Assembly (NCBI GenBank): GCA_003222305.1
Contig: QHVQ01000010.1
Location: forward strand, 369 to 64,368
Length of the DNA: 64,000 nt
Source of the DNA: Acidobacteriota bacterium
GTDB taxonomy: Bacteria > Acidobacteriota > Polarisedimenticolia > Gp22-AA2 > AA152
Direction: 5' to 3'
A model generated the notes under the pieces. It worked only from the letters and a program-made list of their open reading frames with translations, was not told where the DNA came from and made no database searches. Below, piece by piece: positions 45,670 to 55,924 of the stretch. The translations under genes were made by a program, and so were the position numbers. The stretch's first letter is position 1, and every line of letters starts with the position of its first letter.

Positions 45670-46626
45670 GTGGGAACCATTCTGGTCACCGGAGGGGCCG
45701 GTTTCATCGGCTCCCACCTCTGCGAGCGGCTCGTGCGAGAGGGGCAAGAGGTGATCTGCCTGGACGTTTTCGACAGCTTCTACTCCAAGCAAGCGAAGCT
45801 CAGGAACATCGCATCCATGAAGGAGGCGGAAGCGTTTCACCTCTACGAAGGAGACATCCGTGACCCGGCGTTGTTGGAGGACCTGTTCGGTCACCATGCG
45901 GTGGACGCGGTGGTGCACTTGGCGGCGAAGGCCGGGGTTCGTCCCTCGCTGGAGGTGCCGCGGCTTTACACCGATGTGAACGTGACGGGGACGGCCACGC
46001 TGCTCGAGCATGCGCGGCTCTTCAAGGTCAAGCGCTTCGTCTTCGGATCTTCTTCCTCGGTGTACGGGAACAGCGACGAGGTGCCGCTTCCCGAGACCGC
46101 TTCGACCAATCAGCCGGTTTCTCCCTATGCCGCCTCCAAGCGGGCGGGGGAGCTCCTCGCCTACACCTATCATCACCTTTACGGCATGGACGTGGCCTGT
46201 CTCAGGTTCTTCACGGTGTACGGCCCCCGCCAGCGGCCCGAGATGGCTATCCACAAGTTCACTCGTCTTATCGACCAGGGGGAGGGAGTCTCCTTGTTCG
46301 GTGACGGAAGCTCGTCCCGGGACTACACCTACGTGGACGACATCGTCTCGGGGATTCTTGCGTCGCTGGATCGCACCCGCGGCTATCAGGTGTTCAACCT
46401 GGGGCGCAGTGAGGTCGTGAGGTTGAAGGACCTGGTGGCGCATATCGAGGCAGCCCTGGGCAAGCAGGCCAAGATGGTTTATCAGTCGGAGCAGCCCGGC
46501 GATGTCCGCCGAACCTGTGCCGACCTCACCCACTCCCGAAGGACGCTGGGCTACGAGCCGAAGATCGGCATCCAGGAAGGTATCCGGCGCTTCGTGGAGT
46601 GGTATAGGACGCAGGCCAGGGTCTGA
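45670..46626 (+). CDS. UDP-glucuronate 4-epimerase-like SDR
   Basis: ILVTGGAGFIGSHL, SSSSVYG, YAASK, RFFTVYGPRQRPEMAIHKF, RDYTYVDDIV. GTG 45670 start with AGGAGAGGAGGG upstream. Confidence 0.7.
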   Translation: MGTILVTGGAGFIGSHLCERLVREGQEVICLDVFDSFYSKQAKLRNIASMKEAEAFHLYEGDIRDPALLEDLFGHHAVDAVVHLAAKAGVRPSLEVPRLYTDVNVTGTATLLEHARLFKVKRFVFGSSSSVYGNSDEVPLPETASTNQPVSPYAASKRAGELLAYTYHHLYGMDVACLRFFTVYGPRQRPEMAIHKFTRLIDQGEGVSLFGDGSSSRDYTYVDDIVSGILASLDRTRGYQVFNLGRSEVVRLKDLVAHIEAALGKQAKMVYQSEQPGDVRRTCADLTHSRRTLGYEPKIGIQEGIRRFVEWYRTQARV

Positions 46627-46659
46627 AGGAGGCCCTTTCGCCGGGGAGCAGGGAGTTCC

Positions 46660-47958
46660 ATGAGAATCGCTGTGGTGGGTACGGGATACGTGGGGCTGGT
46701 CACGGGAACCTGTTTCGCCGAGTTCGGCGTCAACGTCACCTGCGTGGACGTGGACGTCGAAAAGATCGGCCAGCTCCAACAGGGAAAGGTCCCCATCTTC
46801 GAGCCGGGGCTGGAGGAGATGGTGCGGCGCAACATGGCTGAGGGCAGGCTTTCCTTTTCCACGGACCTCCAATCCGCGGTTCACAAATCCCTGGTGAGCT
46901 TCATCGCCGTGGGGACCCCTCAGGGAGAGGACGGCTCTGCCGACCTCACCTCCGTACGCGACGTGGCACGGGGCATCGGCAGGGCCATGGAGGATTACCA
47001 GGTTGTGGTCACCAAGAGCACGGTCCCCATGGGCACCGGAGCCATGATCCGGAAGATCATCGAGAATGAGCTGACCCGTCCGGTGGAATTCTCGGTGGCT
47101 TCCAACCCGGAGTTTCTCCGAGAGGGCTCTGCGATTGAAGACTTCATGCGACCCAACCGCGTGGTGATCGGCGCGGACGAGCCGCGGGCCGTGTCCGTAC
47201 TGAAGGAGCTTTACAATCCCCTCTACCTCATCGAGGCCCCCATTCTCATCACCAACGTAATCAGTGCGGAGATGATCAAGTACGCCAGCAACGCTTTTCT
47301 AGCCACGAAGATTTCCTTCATCAACGAGATTGCTCTCCTCTGTGAAAAGGTGGGCGCCGACGTGCACCTGGTAGCCAAGGGGATGGGACTGGACCACCGA
47401 ATCGGGCGCCTGTTCCTCCACCCGGGGCCCGGCTATGGGGGGTCCTGTTTTCCCAAGGATACCCGGGCTATCCAGAAAATAGGCCACAACTATGGCCTGG
47501 ACATGAAGGTCATCGCGGCGGTGGTGGAGGTGAACGAGGCCCAGATCAGTTACATGTTGCAAAAAATTCGCAGCCTGACGGGAGAATTGAAAGGGAAGAG
47601 AGTCGGAGTGCTAGGCCTCTCGTTCAAGCCCAATACCAGCGACATCCGCGAGTCCCCGGCGATCCGCATCATCCAGGATCTGTTGAAAGAGGGAGCGCAC
47701 GTCCGCGCCTTCGACCCCGTGGCCATTCCCGACGCCAGCCGCGTCCTGCAGGGAGTGGAGTACGGCTCCGACGAATACGACACCGCCGCCGGCTGCGACG
47801 TGCTGGTCCTGGCCACCGAATGGAACCAGTTCCGAAACCTGGATCTGCCGCGGATCAGAGCGATCATGAACAACCCCACGATGGTGGATCTGCGGAACGT
47901 CTACGAGCCGGAGGACCTGTTACGCCAAGGCTTCCGGTACGCCGGGGTCGGGCGGTAG
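46660..47958 (+). CDS. ugd: UDP-glucose 6-dehydrogenase
   Basis: IAVVGTGYVGLVTG, NPEFLREG, GYGGSCFPKD, GLSFKPNTSDIRESP. Confidence 0.85.
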   Translation: MRIAVVGTGYVGLVTGTCFAEFGVNVTCVDVDVEKIGQLQQGKVPIFEPGLEEMVRRNMAEGRLSFSTDLQSAVHKSLVSFIAVGTPQGEDGSADLTSVRDVARGIGRAMEDYQVVVTKSTVPMGTGAMIRKIIENELTRPVEFSVASNPEFLREGSAIEDFMRPNRVVIGADEPRAVSVLKELYNPLYLIEAPILITNVISAEMIKYASNAFLATKISFINEIALLCEKVGADVHLVAKGMGLDHRIGRLFLHPGPGYGGSCFPKDTRAIQKIGHNYGLDMKVIAAVVEVNEAQISYMLQKIRSLTGELKGKRVGVLGLSFKPNTSDIRESPAIRIIQDLLKEGAHVRAFDPVAIPDASRVLQGVEYGSDEYDTAAGCDVLVLATEWNQFRNLDLPRIRAIMNNPTMVDLRNVYEPEDLLRQGFRYAGVGR

Positions 47959-47967
47959 CGGGCCGGG

Positions 47968-48912
47968 ATGTCGACCTATCTGGTCACGGGCGGTGCGGGA
48001 TTCATCGGTGCCCACCTGGTGCGGGAGCTGCTCGCCCGAGGCGAAGAGGTGCGGGTCATCGACAGCTTCGTCACCGGCACGCGAGAAGACCTGCGCCCGT
48101 TCCTTGAAAAGGTGAAGCTCTTCGAGGGGAGCATCGAAAATCAGGTCCTCGTGGAAGCTGCCATGCAGGGCGTGGACTTCGTCCTGCACCAGGCCGCTCT
48201 CGGTTCGGTGCCGCGGTCGGTGGAGGATCCTTTGGCCTCCCACGCCGCCAACCTGACCGGCACTCTGGTGCTGCTGGAGGCCGCCCGGCGGGGGAGAGTC
48301 CGCCGGTTCGTCTACGCTTCCTCATCCTCGGTGTACGGAGATACCCCCGATCTCCCCAAGGTGGAGAGTATGGCCGCAGCCCCTCTTTCTCCCTACGCGG
48401 TCACGAAACGCGCTGGAGAGCTCTACTGCCGAGTCTTCCACCGCATCTATGGTCTCGAGACGGTTTCCCTCCGCTACTTCAACGTCTTCGGGCCGGGGCA
48501 GCGGCCGGACTCCAAGTACGCAGCGGTGGTCCCGCGATTCATGGCGGCCGTGAGCCGCTCCGAGCCCCCGGTCATCTTCGGCGACGGGCAGCAGTCCCGG
48601 GATTTCACCTTCATTGAAAACGTGGTCCAGGCCAATCTTCTGTCTTGCACCGCTCCTTCCACAGCTGCGGGGGAAGCCTTCAACATCGCCGGCGGTGAGA
48701 GCTTTACCCTATTGGATCTCCTGCGGGAGATGGAATCGCTCACCGGAAAATCAATCCGACCTCGCTTCGAGGCCTCCCGGAAAGGCGATGTGCGCGACTC
48801 CCTGGCCAGCATTCAAAAGGCAGCGGACCTTCTGGGTTATCGTCCGGTGGTTTCCTTTCGGGAGGGCCTGCGTCGAACGCTCCAGACCGCCGGGCTGACC
48901 CCGACCCCATGA
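47968..48912 (+). CDS. UDP-GlcNAc/UDP-glucose 4-epimerase (WbpP/TviC-like SDR)
   Basis: LVTGGAGFIGAHL, QAALGSVPRS, SSSSVYG, YAVTK, LRYFNVFGPGQ, SRDFTFI.NVV.AN. Confidence 0.7.
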   Translation: MSTYLVTGGAGFIGAHLVRELLARGEEVRVIDSFVTGTREDLRPFLEKVKLFEGSIENQVLVEAAMQGVDFVLHQAALGSVPRSVEDPLASHAANLTGTLVLLEAARRGRVRRFVYASSSSVYGDTPDLPKVESMAAAPLSPYAVTKRAGELYCRVFHRIYGLETVSLRYFNVFGPGQRPDSKYAAVVPRFMAAVSRSEPPVIFGDGQQSRDFTFIENVVQANLLSCTAPSTAAGEAFNIAGGESFTLLDLLREMESLTGKSIRPRFEASRKGDVRDSLASIQKAADLLGYRPVVSFREGLRRTLQTAGLTPTP

Positions 48913-49589
48913 AACTCTCCGTGGTGATGCCCGTCTACGACGAGGCCAAGACGGTCGAAGCCATCCTGGGGCGCGTCCTCAGGACTCCCGATCTTTTTGA
49001 AATCGTTGTGGTTGACGATGCATCCACCGACGGAACCGCCGCCGCTCTGGGGCGTGTCTCGGATCCTCGGGTGCGGGTGGTGCGACATCCCAAGAATCGC
49101 GGCAAGGGAGCCGCCTTGAGGACGGCCTTCGCCGAAGTGACGGGAGAGGTGGTGGTGATTCAGGACGCGGATCTTGAGTACGATCCCGGGGACTATCCGA
49201 AGCTGCTGGAGCCTATCGAGGCGGGTCTGGCCGATGTGGTGTACGGCTCCCGATTTACGGGGGAGACGCATCGCGTCCTCTTCTTCTGGCACTACGTGGG
49301 AAACCGGTTCCTCACCACCCTCTCCAACATGTTCACCAACCTGAATCTCACGGACATGGAGACCTGCTTCAAGGCATTTCGGGCGGAGGTGCTCAAGGGG
49401 CTGAATCTGCGCTCCGAGCGGTTCGGGATCGAGCCGGAGATCACGGCGAAGATCGCTCGGAAAGGATGGCGTATCTACGAGACCTCCATCTCCTACCATG
49501 GACGAAATTACGCCGAGGGGAAAAAGATCACCTGGCGGGACGGCTTGGCGGCGGTCGTGGCCATCGTGCGTTACGGCCTGTTGGATTAG
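48909..49589 (+). CDS. GT2 glycosyltransferase (polyprenol-phosphate sugar transferase-like)
   Basis: LSVVMPVYDE, VVVDDASTDGT, NRGKGAALR, QDADLEYDP. ATGA overlap with the upstream gene. Confidence 0.8.
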   Translation: MKLSVVMPVYDEAKTVEAILGRVLRTPDLFEIVVVDDASTDGTAAALGRVSDPRVRVVRHPKNRGKGAALRTAFAEVTGEVVVIQDADLEYDPGDYPKLLEPIEAGLADVVYGSRFTGETHRVLFFWHYVGNRFLTTLSNMFTNLNLTDMETCFKAFRAEVLKGLNLRSERFGIEPEITAKIARKGWRIYETSISYHGRNYAEGKKITWRDGLAAVVAIVRYGLLD

Positions 49590-49642
49590 CCAGGCTCATC
49601 GAGGGCGGATGCGGCGTGTCAGGAGGGGGGAGGGAATCGCGG

Positions 49643-50701
49643 GTGGGTGCGAAGTTCTGGGCCATGATCCTGGCGGGGGGGAAGGGAGAGCGATTTTGGC
49701 CGCTCTCTCGGGAGAAGCGCCCGAAGCCGCTACTCGACCTGGGATCGGGCCGCTCGCTCTTATGGGAAACTCTCCGGCGCGCACGGCGCGTCGTCGGAGC
49801 ATCGCGCATTCGGGTAGTCGCCGGCGGCCATCTGGCAGGCGCCATCCGAGGCGAGATGGGCCGCGTTGGACGTGCCGCGGTCCTGGTGGAGCCCGCCCCG
49901 CGGAACACCGGGCCGGCCGCCCTGCTCGCATCACGCTGGGTCTGGGAGCGGGATCCGGACGGAACGGTGCTGCTCCTCCCTTCCGATCATCGGGTGGTTG
50001 GGGATGACGCTTTTCGGCGCGCCGTAGAAGGCGCTCGGCGGCTTTCCGAGAAGGGTTTCCTGGTGACTTTCGGGGTCCGACCCGCAGGGCCAGCACCCGA
50101 CTACGGATACATCGTGCGCGGCGAGCGAATCGGCTTAGCCAGCCATCGCGTGGCACGATTCGTTGAGAAGCCCTTGCCCTCCACTGCGCGCTCGCTGATT
50201 GGTCGGCACCGGGCGCTGTGGAATTCCGGGATGTTCGTCTGGAGGGCGGATTGCTTCCTGGAAGAGGCGGCTCGTTGCGAACCCGCTTTCCGGCGATGGC
50301 TGCGGGCCTGCGACAAGGGTGGCAGCGCCGGAACATTGGCCCGGCGAGCCTTCACTCGCCTGCCCAGCACGCCTGTAGACCGGGCCGTACTGGAGCGATC
50401 GGACAGGGTGGCAGTGGTGGAGGCGAGATTCAAATGGTCGGATCTTGGGACCTGGTCGGCGCTCTACGATATGGGTCGAAGGGACCGTGCGGGTAATGTG
50501 GGATGGGGGAGGTGGGTGTGCGTAAGTTCCCGGGGCAATCTGACATTTTCCCCGGACGGACTGACCGTGCTATTCGGAGTGAGCAATTTTCTGGTGGCGC
50601 GGGTCGGGGAGGTGGTACTGGTTTGTCCACGGCCTGAGGCAGCTTCCCTGCGTGACCTGCTGGCGGAGCTGCGCCGGAGAGGCTTGGGTGGGTACCTCTG
50701 A
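49643..50701 (+). CDS. mannose-1-phosphate guanylyltransferase-like nucleotidyltransferase
   Basis: ILAGGKGERFWPLSR...PK, EP..RNT.PA, PSDH, FG..P..P...YGYI, WNSGMF.W, W.DLG.W. The start is GTG 49643 or ATG 49664. Confidence 0.75.
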   Translation: MGAKFWAMILAGGKGERFWPLSREKRPKPLLDLGSGRSLLWETLRRARRVVGASRIRVVAGGHLAGAIRGEMGRVGRAAVLVEPAPRNTGPAALLASRWVWERDPDGTVLLLPSDHRVVGDDAFRRAVEGARRLSEKGFLVTFGVRPAGPAPDYGYIVRGERIGLASHRVARFVEKPLPSTARSLIGRHRALWNSGMFVWRADCFLEEAARCEPAFRRWLRACDKGGSAGTLARRAFTRLPSTPVDRAVLERSDRVAVVEARFKWSDLGTWSALYDMGRRDRAGNVGWGRWVCVSSRGNLTFSPDGLTVLFGVSNFLVARVGEVVLVCPRPEAASLRDLLAELRRRGLGGYL

Positions 50702-52310
50702 GGCCGTTTCTTTATCCGGCGATTCCCCCACCCGATCCCATCCGGCGGAAGCGGTTCAGCGCGTGGCAGCGCGGGTGGTGGAGGGAGGAGTCTGGGCCCT
50801 CTTGCTCTTCACCCCTCTGGTGCTGGGAGCGGTCTCTGAGAGGGACACCGCGATCATGGAAGGCGGGTGCTTCACCCTCCTCATCGTGGCGTGGTGGGCG
50901 CGGCTCAGGCGGCAAGGCTCGCGTCTCCCAAGGTGGGTGAGCTGGCCCGCCGGCTTCTTTTGTCTTTGGACACTCTTCCAAATGGTGCCTCTGCCCACGT
51001 CGGTGTTGCGCGTTTTGAGTCCGGGAACGCATGCGGCCTATTCCCGGTTTCTACCCGGATACGCCTCCCACGGGGGAGGGACGGACCTGCAGGCGTGGCT
51101 CCTCATGAGGAAGGGAGCCCGTTCTGGGGGACTGTCTCCTCGGGAGGGCCAGGTCACGGGGCTTGAAGGGGAGATTCTTGTTCGACCCGCCGCGCGATCT
51201 ATCTCCTGGTACCCCTGGAGAACGCTGCGATGGCTCTGCCGCTTTCTCGCCTATTGGGCCTGCTTTCACGTGGTGGTCCGCCACCTACCGGAAAGGGCGT
51301 TGGAAAAGAGGTTACCTTGGTTGGTCCTGGTGCTGGGATTCGGTATTGCTCTTCTGGGAATCGTCCAGCGCTACACCTGGAACGGAAAGATTCTCTGGTT
51401 CATCCCCGTTTATCAAGGGTACCCCTTCGGCCCCTGGGTGAACCGCAACCATTTCTCGGGGTATCTCGAGATGGCCTTACCTCAGGCATGTTCGGTGCTG
51501 ACTCGCGAAGCGGGTCTGCACTCCGGGCACCGCCGCCGGCGCCGTTCGGTGCGGACCACTACGCCGCGCTTGGCCCTGATCGCTTTCCTGCTGGTGCCGA
51601 TGGTCGCCGCCCTGTTCATGGCTGGCTCGAGGGGTGGCCTCTTTTCGCTGGCCTTGACCGCGTGCCTTTACGCCTTTCTGCAAGGCTACCGTGGGCTTGC
51701 ACGGCGCTCCAGCCGCTGGGTCCGGGTGGTTCTCCCTCTGGTCCCCTTGCTCTGCTGTGTGGTTGCAATCGGCCTTTACATCCACTTCGCCGGGGGTGCG
51801 TCCCCGCAGGAGTCGAGAGTTGAGCCGTCGTTGGGGACGCGGCTGCGAGCCTGGAAGGGGGTCTTGGACATGATCGCAGCCAATCCCCTTACGGGCACGG
51901 GGCTGGGCACGTTCTCGCTGGCTTATCCCTTCTATAAAACTTATGGCGAGACGGACATTTGGGCTCAGGCGCACAATGACTATCTCCAGCTCTTTGCCGA
52001 GACAGGGCTGGTGGGGTTTTCACTCTTCCTCGGGGGTCTCATCTTTCTGCTTCGCCGAAGAGTTCTGCCCTGCCTTTCCGAGCCCTGGCGACGGCAGACT
52101 CCCGTGGCTCTCGGGGCCTGCCTTGGCCTCGTGACTCTCCTGCTCCATGCCTTGGTAGATTTCAACTTCCAGATTCCTTCCAACGGACTGCTCTTTGTCC
52201 TTTTGGGTGGACTGCTCGTGGCCCGGGGGCCCAGCAGCGGACAGCCGACGGGGATCTCGGGCCGACATCCCGGGCGAGAGCTGTCGAGATCCGCTGAAGT
52301 CCTTGAATGA
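50652..52310 (+). CDS. O-antigen ligase/polymerase family (Wzy_C domain) membrane protein
   Basis: At least 10 TM helices. Signature loop GSRGG...TGTGLGTF...AHNDYLQLFAETGLVGF. The start is uncertain (GTG 50652 or GTG 50688). Confidence 0.7.
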   Translation: MTCWRSCAGEAWVGTSEAVSLSGDSPTRSHPAEAVQRVAARVVEGGVWALLLFTPLVLGAVSERDTAIMEGGCFTLLIVAWWARLRRQGSRLPRWVSWPAGFFCLWTLFQMVPLPTSVLRVLSPGTHAAYSRFLPGYASHGGGTDLQAWLLMRKGARSGGLSPREGQVTGLEGEILVRPAARSISWYPWRTLRWLCRFLAYWACFHVVVRHLPERALEKRLPWLVLVLGFGIALLGIVQRYTWNGKILWFIPVYQGYPFGPWVNRNHFSGYLEMALPQACSVLTREAGLHSGHRRRRRSVRTTTPRLALIAFLLVPMVAALFMAGSRGGLFSLALTACLYAFLQGYRGLARRSSRWVRVVLPLVPLLCCVVAIGLYIHFAGGASPQESRVEPSLGTRLRAWKGVLDMIAANPLTGTGLGTFSLAYPFYKTYGETDIWAQAHNDYLQLFAETGLVGFSLFLGGLIFLLRRRVLPCLSEPWRRQTPVALGACLGLVTLLLHALVDFNFQIPSNGLLFVLLGGLLVARGPSSGQPTGISGRHPGRELSRSAEVLE

Positions 52311-52323
52311 CGCTGCTTTGACA

Positions 52324-52352
52324 TTGCGGCACGATCTCGATTCCCGTATATT
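52324..52352 (+). promoter_or_regulatory. candidate internal promoter of the polysaccharide locus (TTGCGG-17-TATATT)
   Basis: This is the only non-coupled, AT-rich gap (77 nt) in the locus. TATATT is at 52347-52352. A perfect TTGACA (52318-52323) also lies just upstream, but at a 23-nt spacing. Confidence 0.3.
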
Positions 52353-52387
52353 AATGTCTCCAGCCAGCTAGACTTAGGGGCCAGAAA

Positions 52388-53713
52388 GTGCCTGAAAGTC
52401 CACCGCTCCCAGGGAGATTCTTGTCCCCCCTAGCGTGGGTCCGAAGCTTGCTGGCGGTGGCGTTTCTCTCCACGGCCTGGTACTGGACTTCCATGAGGCT
52501 GACAGGATTCGAAGTGAGGGCGGCGGCGGAGGGCGCCTTCTGGAAAGCCAATCTTGGCGCCTCGCTCGCAGGTTACCGCAGACTGTTAGGATGGGGCCCG
52601 ACCTCCGCAGAGGCTCTGAGTGGTCTGCGCGACGTGTATCTTATGGCGTTGGAAAGCCCAAAGCTCCGGGAAACCCATCTGCGGCTAAGTCAGGAGGAAG
52701 TTGCCAGGCGCTGCGGCGAGGTGATCGCCCGTCAGGTGCAGGAGTCACCCCTAAGCTTGGAAACCTGGTCGGGAGTCGCCGATTTCTTTGAAGTGCTCAA
52801 ACCTGAGAACCAGCGACACCGGGTGTACTCGCTGGAGAATCTGTCGGTCGGAGCTTCGAAGAATCTTGAGGTTGAGGACCTGCTGGAGATCCGAGGACTA
52901 GAAACCTCTCTGGAGGTGGACCCCAACGCCGCCTACCAGCGGGAGGCACTCGGGAGCCTCGCCTGGGGGCTGGGGCTCAAAGACCTCGCGATGCAGCAAT
53001 ACCTCGAAGTGATGACCTTGCTTCCCGATTTGGGCCGGCACCCGTTCCTCAATGAGGGGAAGGTGAATAAAGAGATTGCTGACCTGGTGGTCGAAGGGAT
53101 GAAGCGGGCCGTTCAGCCGCCGCGCAACGCGGACCCGGAGACGGTTTACTTCAATTTGGGGATTTTCTTGGCGGACCAGGAACGATTCGCCGAGGCGCGT
53201 CTCGCGTTCGAGCAGGCGCAAGGCGCCTCGGGGCGGGGATATTTCAAGTGGCAGGCCTATACGGAGTCCCGTCAGGGACACCTGGATGAAGCCATCGTTC
53301 TTTATCGCAAAGCCCTGCTTGCGGATCCGTTGGAGCCGCCGGATCGGGTCCATGTTCTCCTCAGCCTGGGACAGCTCCTGGAGGAAAAGGGGCGGTCCCG
53401 GGAAGCGGCTGAGGCCGTGCGATCCGCTCTGGTCCTCGAACCCCGGAATCCGCGGGGGATTCTGTTGCTGGCCCAGGTAAGCGAAGCGATGGGCCTTTGG
53501 GGGGAAGCGGAGGAACTGTATGTCAGGTCTTCGGAGATCGGTCCCGACCGATTGCAGACGCTGGCGGATCTGGTGGCATTCTATCGGAGGACGGGGAGAC
53601 TCAGTCTTGCCCTAATCCCCGCTCGCAAGCTCCTGGAGCTGCAGCCCGAGGATCCGCTCTACCGCAAGCAGCTCGATGACCTCCAGGAAGAAGTCGAAGG
53701 TAGGCAACCCTGA
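52388..53713 (+). CDS. membrane-anchored TPR-repeat protein
   Basis: GTG start, one N-terminal TM (LLAVAFLSTAWYW), and TPR-like repeats through the C-terminal half (YFNLGIFL...A...FEQA, A..LY.KAL..DP). Confidence 0.6.
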   Translation: MPESPPLPGRFLSPLAWVRSLLAVAFLSTAWYWTSMRLTGFEVRAAAEGAFWKANLGASLAGYRRLLGWGPTSAEALSGLRDVYLMALESPKLRETHLRLSQEEVARRCGEVIARQVQESPLSLETWSGVADFFEVLKPENQRHRVYSLENLSVGASKNLEVEDLLEIRGLETSLEVDPNAAYQREALGSLAWGLGLKDLAMQQYLEVMTLLPDLGRHPFLNEGKVNKEIADLVVEGMKRAVQPPRNADPETVYFNLGIFLADQERFAEARLAFEQAQGASGRGYFKWQAYTESRQGHLDEAIVLYRKALLADPLEPPDRVHVLLSLGQLLEEKGRSREAAEAVRSALVLEPRNPRGILLLAQVSEAMGLWGEAEELYVRSSEIGPDRLQTLADLVAFYRRTGRLSLALIPARKLLELQPEDPLYRKQLDDLQEEVEGRQP

Positions 53714-53736
53714 AGGAAGGGTCTCGAGGGGGGCGA

Positions 53737-55356
53737 ATGATCGTTTTGGGAATCAGCGGCGGCATCCGGTCGGGACACCACGACGCGGCCGCGGTGTTGT
53801 ACCGTGACGGCAATCTGGTCGCCGCCGCCGAAGAGGAGCGCTTCACCCGAATCAAGCACTCCGAAGGAAGACTCCCGGAGAGCGCGGTCCGGTTCTGCCT
53901 GAGCCAGGCCCGCATCGACATCCGGGACGTGGACGCACTGGCGTACGGCTATGCTACCGTGCCGGGGATGGACAGGCGATTGAAGGATTATTTCAATCTG
54001 CGATTCGGACACTGTCCTGAGGTCCATCTCATTCGCCACTACCTGGCCCACGCTGCTAGCGCTTACCGGGTGTCGGGGTTTGCCGACGCCATGATCCTGA
54101 GCGCGGACGTCTCGGGGGACTCGATCTCGACACTCCTCTCCCACGGGAAGGGATCCGAGATCCGTATAGTGAAGTCCATACCCCGACCGAACTCCCTCGG
54201 AATCTTTTACTCTATGCTCACCCAAATCCTGGGATTTCAACGCGACAATGACGAGTACAAGGTCATGGGACTCGCTTCCTACGGAAGGAACGAGGTGGAC
54301 CTCTCCTGGCTCCTGCAATACGGAGGGGGAGAGTACCGTCTCAACTACGAGGAATACATGGTCCCCGTGGGGCCCGCTCAACCCTTTCCTTCGAAGCAGG
54401 AGGGGATTTACTCTCAGCGGCTCGTGGAGCGATTGGGTCGGCCGAGACTCAAAGACGAGCCCCTTACGCAGAGGCACATGGATCTGGCTCACAGCGTCCA
54501 GAAGACCCTCGAGCGGGCCGTCACCGATCTGGTGACCTGGCTGCACGGGGAGACCGGGAGCCGGAATCTCTGTATCGCGGGAGGGGTGGGCCTGAACTGC
54601 GTCATGAACCAGAGGCTGCTGGCGCTGCCGTTCGTGGATCAGGTCTACGTACAGCCCGCTGCCAGTGACGCGGGAACCGCTATCGGCGCCTCGCTGGAGG
54701 TGTTGGCGGAAAGGGGAGTGCAGCCGGAGGTGATGGAGCATGTCTATACGGGGCCCGCCTTCGCGAACGAGGAGATCCAGACGGCGCTGGACAGCTACAA
54801 GGTGCCCTACCGGAAGGAGGAGGACGTCTGCCGTTTCGCTGCGGAAAAGCTCGCGGAGGGCGCCATCGTGGCCTGGTTCCAGGGGGCCATGGAATTCGGG
54901 CCGCGGGCCCTCGGAAATCGCTCCATCCTGGGGGATCCCCGAGACCCCGCCATGAAGGATCGCATCAATGCGACCATAAAGTTCCGCGAGGATTTCCGCC
55001 CCTTTGCGCCGGCGGTGCTTGAAGAGCGCGTGGAAGAATACTTCTACGACGGTGTGAAGTCCCCCTTCATGACCCTCACCTTCGACGTTCGGAAGGAGAA
55101 ACAGCGCGAGATCGCCAGCATTACCCACGTGGACGGCACGGCCCGAATCCAGACCGTGGGGCATAAGACCAATCCCCGATTCCATCGACTCATCTCGGAG
55201 TTCGCCCGGATTACGGGCATCCCCATGGTGATTAACACCAGCTTCAACGTGAAGGGCCAGCCCATCGTCTGCACGCCTCGAGAAGCGGTCTCCACCTTTT
55301 TCATGACCGGGATGGATTACCTGGTCCTCGGGGACTATGTCCTCTCTAAGCGCTGA
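53737..55356 (+). CDS. carbamoyltransferase (NodU/CmcH family)
   Basis: ILGISGG...HDAAA.L..DG.LVAAAEEERFTR.KH, GGVGLNCV.N, F.G.MEFGPRALGNRSILGDPR, FRPFAP, HVDGTAR.QTV, P.V.NTSFN..G.PIV. Confidence 0.85.
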   Translation: MIVLGISGGIRSGHHDAAAVLYRDGNLVAAAEEERFTRIKHSEGRLPESAVRFCLSQARIDIRDVDALAYGYATVPGMDRRLKDYFNLRFGHCPEVHLIRHYLAHAASAYRVSGFADAMILSADVSGDSISTLLSHGKGSEIRIVKSIPRPNSLGIFYSMLTQILGFQRDNDEYKVMGLASYGRNEVDLSWLLQYGGGEYRLNYEEYMVPVGPAQPFPSKQEGIYSQRLVERLGRPRLKDEPLTQRHMDLAHSVQKTLERAVTDLVTWLHGETGSRNLCIAGGVGLNCVMNQRLLALPFVDQVYVQPAASDAGTAIGASLEVLAERGVQPEVMEHVYTGPAFANEEIQTALDSYKVPYRKEEDVCRFAAEKLAEGAIVAWFQGAMEFGPRALGNRSILGDPRDPAMKDRINATIKFREDFRPFAPAVLEERVEEYFYDGVKSPFMTLTFDVRKEKQREIASITHVDGTARIQTVGHKTNPRFHRLISEFARITGIPMVINTSFNVKGQPIVCTPREAVSTFFMTGMDYLVLGDYVLSKR

Positions 55357-55924
55357 GGAGCGCGATCGAACGGCGTGGGAGGAGCTCTTTCAGGATGCCG
55401 GGAGGGTCTTGGGGACATCGCAACCCGCCGCCCGACATCTCCTGGTCGGGCTCGTCAGGGAACCAGCGATTGGAGCCGCATTCCTCTTCCGCCTCTCCTC
55501 GCGATTCCATCGGAGAGGGTGGCCTTTTCTGAGCACCCTCGCAACTCGATTGAATCTGGCGTTCCACGGCTGCCAGATCCACTGTCGGGCCCGCATCGGT
55601 CCCGGTCTTCTGCTTCCCCATCCCTGTGGTGTCGTCGTGGGTTCGGGGGTCGAGGTGGGTTCGGAGGCGACCCTTTTTCAAAACGTCACCCTGGGGACCC
55701 GGAGCTTTCTAGGGGGGGATTACCCCCGCCTCGGAAACCAGGTGATGGTTTTCCCCAATTCCGTGGTGATCGGTTCCGTGCGCCTTGGTGACGGATGTCG
55801 GGTGGGCGCCGGGTCGGTGGTCCTCCATGATGTCCCCGAGGGAGTCACAGTGGCGGGGGCGCCGGCATCGCCTCTCGGGCGCTCCGCGGGCCAGACCTTG
55901 AGCGAGTTCTCTCGAGGACAGTGA
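55337..55924 (+). CDS. hexapeptide-repeat O-acetyltransferase (CysE-like)
   Basis: IGPGLLLPHPCGVVVG, then left-handed beta-helix repeats to VTVAGAPA. 20-nt overlap with the carbamoyltransferase gene. Confidence 0.7.
   Translation: MSSLSAEERDRTAWEELFQDAGRVLGTSQPAARHLLVGLVREPAIGAAFLFRLSSRFHRRGWPFLSTLATRLNLAFHGCQIHCRARIGPGLLLPHPCGVVVGSGVEVGSEATLFQNVTLGTRSFLGGDYPRLGNQVMVFPNSVVIGSVRLGDGCRVGAGSVVLHDVPEGVTVAGAPASPLGRSAGQTLSEFSRGQ

Noticed and set aside
45532-46884. 450-aa ORF on the minus strand
   Set aside because: It is antisense to the UDP-glucuronate 4-epimerase-like gene and the start of ugd. The sequence is Arg/Gly/Pro/His-rich and non-homologous.
52318-52323. Perfect TTGACA as the -35 for the TATATT at 52347
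   Set aside because: The spacing is 23 nt, outside the sigma-70 range. The adjacent TTGCGG, at 17 nt, was used for the low-confidence promoter call instead.
53659-55185. 508-aa ORF on the minus strand
   Set aside because: It is antisense to the well-supported carbamoyltransferase. Its translation carries no recognisable motifs. Long stop-free antisense frames are expected at this G+C content.
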